Assembly (NCBI GenBank): GCA_965113315.1
Contig: OZ220368.1
Strand: one strand, 5' to 3'
Length of the DNA: 64,000 nucleotides
DNA from: Podarcis vaucheri
Lineage: Eukaryota
The notes under the pieces were generated by a model, which saw only the letters and a list, made by a program, of their open reading frames with translations, was not told where the DNA came from and did not search any database. This document shows, piece by piece, positions 62,573-64,000 of the stretch. Every line of letters begins with the position of its first letter. Position 1 is the first letter of the stretch. A program made the position numbers and the translations under genes.

Positions 62573-63876
62573 GCTTACATTCATTACTTCACTCATGTTT
62601 GCCTCTGCCCTTGCCCAACACTGTCATGTTGCCCTCAGAAGGTTGTGCAGCCCTCAGGCCACCCCTACTTTAGACCACACCTGGGCTTATAAACATTCCT
62701 GCTTAGTGAAATTACAATATACCCAAAGGGTAGGAAGAAATGTTATCTGCCATTTTCACAATCTTTTGTCGCCAGGTGTAGGGCAGGCTACTGAAACTGT
62801 TTTGGCAGGTAACTATAATCCATGTGAGGTGATCCTGAGTACCCACCTCGAGAACGTGCGTGCTTTTCAGGGTCCTTGTGTCAGGTAACGAAGGTATAAT
62901 CAAGAGATCAGCCAAGTGCAGCGCATGATTATAGGTTTCCTGAAGAGCCAGCCAAGTGCAAGTAGGTGGAGAAACCCACTCTGCGGAGGCCCCACCACAT
63001 TGCCAAGTGCACAATGGCTTTTTAACAATTATATGAGCCCACATTTGAACCTGAAGCTCAGGTGTCAAGCTTCATCTATGTGTGAAGGAGGTGGAAGATT
63101 CAGTCACTGCAGGTTTTTCCAGAAAGAGCTGGGGAAACCCTCTATAGACCCAGCTGAACTAGATGACTGAGAGCAAGGTTAACTTCCTTTGTTCAGTGAA
63201 GTCAAAAGGTTCACAACAATGACAGACAGTTTTGCTTAGGAATCCCTCAGGCTGCAATCTACAACTGCATCCTCTGATCTCACAGAGATTTACTTCCTTC
63301 CCTGTTTTTGGCTAGGCACAGTGCTTCCTTCCTGGTTGTCAAGAGTCCTATTGCTCTGACAGCTGCTGCAACAGTATGAGGTGTCAATCTGGACAGGATG
63401 CCAAATTCTGTTGAAAAAAAGAATTTAAGCATTTGGGAATCTTTCTGGGCCGCTGGCTAACTAATCTGAAAACTGACAGGATCTTTCACTATTGAACTTT
63501 ATTGGTTGGTAACCAGATAAACTTAAAACTTTGCAAGAGGTAAAGCTGATTCTCCATTAGGGAGCACACTAATAAATACAAAATAAAAATCACGATAATA
63601 GACAGCATAATGATAAAATAACAGCTCCCCCCCAGCTTTAACAAGCCTTATATCATTTAATGGCTAAAGACCAGGGTAAAGAGGAATGTTTTTGCCTGGT
63701 GCCATTTTTTTGTTGATGATTATTGAATTTTACTGTGTCTGGTTTATTTAAACCTACAGTCTTATTGCAATTTTAACGGTATACTTTAATGCTTTTTATA
63801 TGTTTGCTATTAATGTAAGTCACATTGGGAACACTATGGTCTTCACATACTTGGAAAATAATAATATTTATAAAAT

Positions 63877-63904
63877 TATTATTATTATTATTATTATTAT
63901 TATT
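63877..63904. repeat. (TTA)n microsatellite
   Basis: Read directly. Confidence 0.9.
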
Positions 63905-64000
63905 TAACTTTTACTTTCCATCTTAAGTAGCATAGAAACTCTTTAGTTTGCTGCAACAAAAACAGAAAGAAAAGCAAAAAAGACAACAGAAAAACAAAAC

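Overview
A 64 kb vertebrate intronic or intergenic window. The repeat content (Sauria SINEs, BovB, Squam-type tRNA SINEs, CR1, L2, Penelope) points to a squamate reptile, most likely a lacertid lizard (inference). No host protein-coding gene could be recognised; there is one splice-bounded, open 270-nt minus-strand exon candidate at 50908-51177. The main feature is a full-length minus-strand BovB (RTE) LINE at 6790-10112 with a 12-bp target-site duplication (TSD). It sits in the terminal inverted repeat (TIR) of a Tc1/mariner-type MITE and is interrupted by an 88-nt Penelope-like insert carrying a minimal hammerhead ribozyme. Two more hammerhead-bearing Penelope-like pieces lie at 124-323 and near 59155. 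Two of the four copies of one MITE family were hit by BovB-system retroelements (the LINE and a Sauria SINE), both at the GGT^ACC palindrome of the TIR. Also present: a young 5'-truncated CR1, an L1-like 3' end with a 19-bp TSD, a hAT transposase fossil, a solo LTR carrying CTCF/Oct/CCAAT/TATA motifs, several other MITEs and SINEs, and microsatellites. All calls were made by eye; no database search or folding was run.
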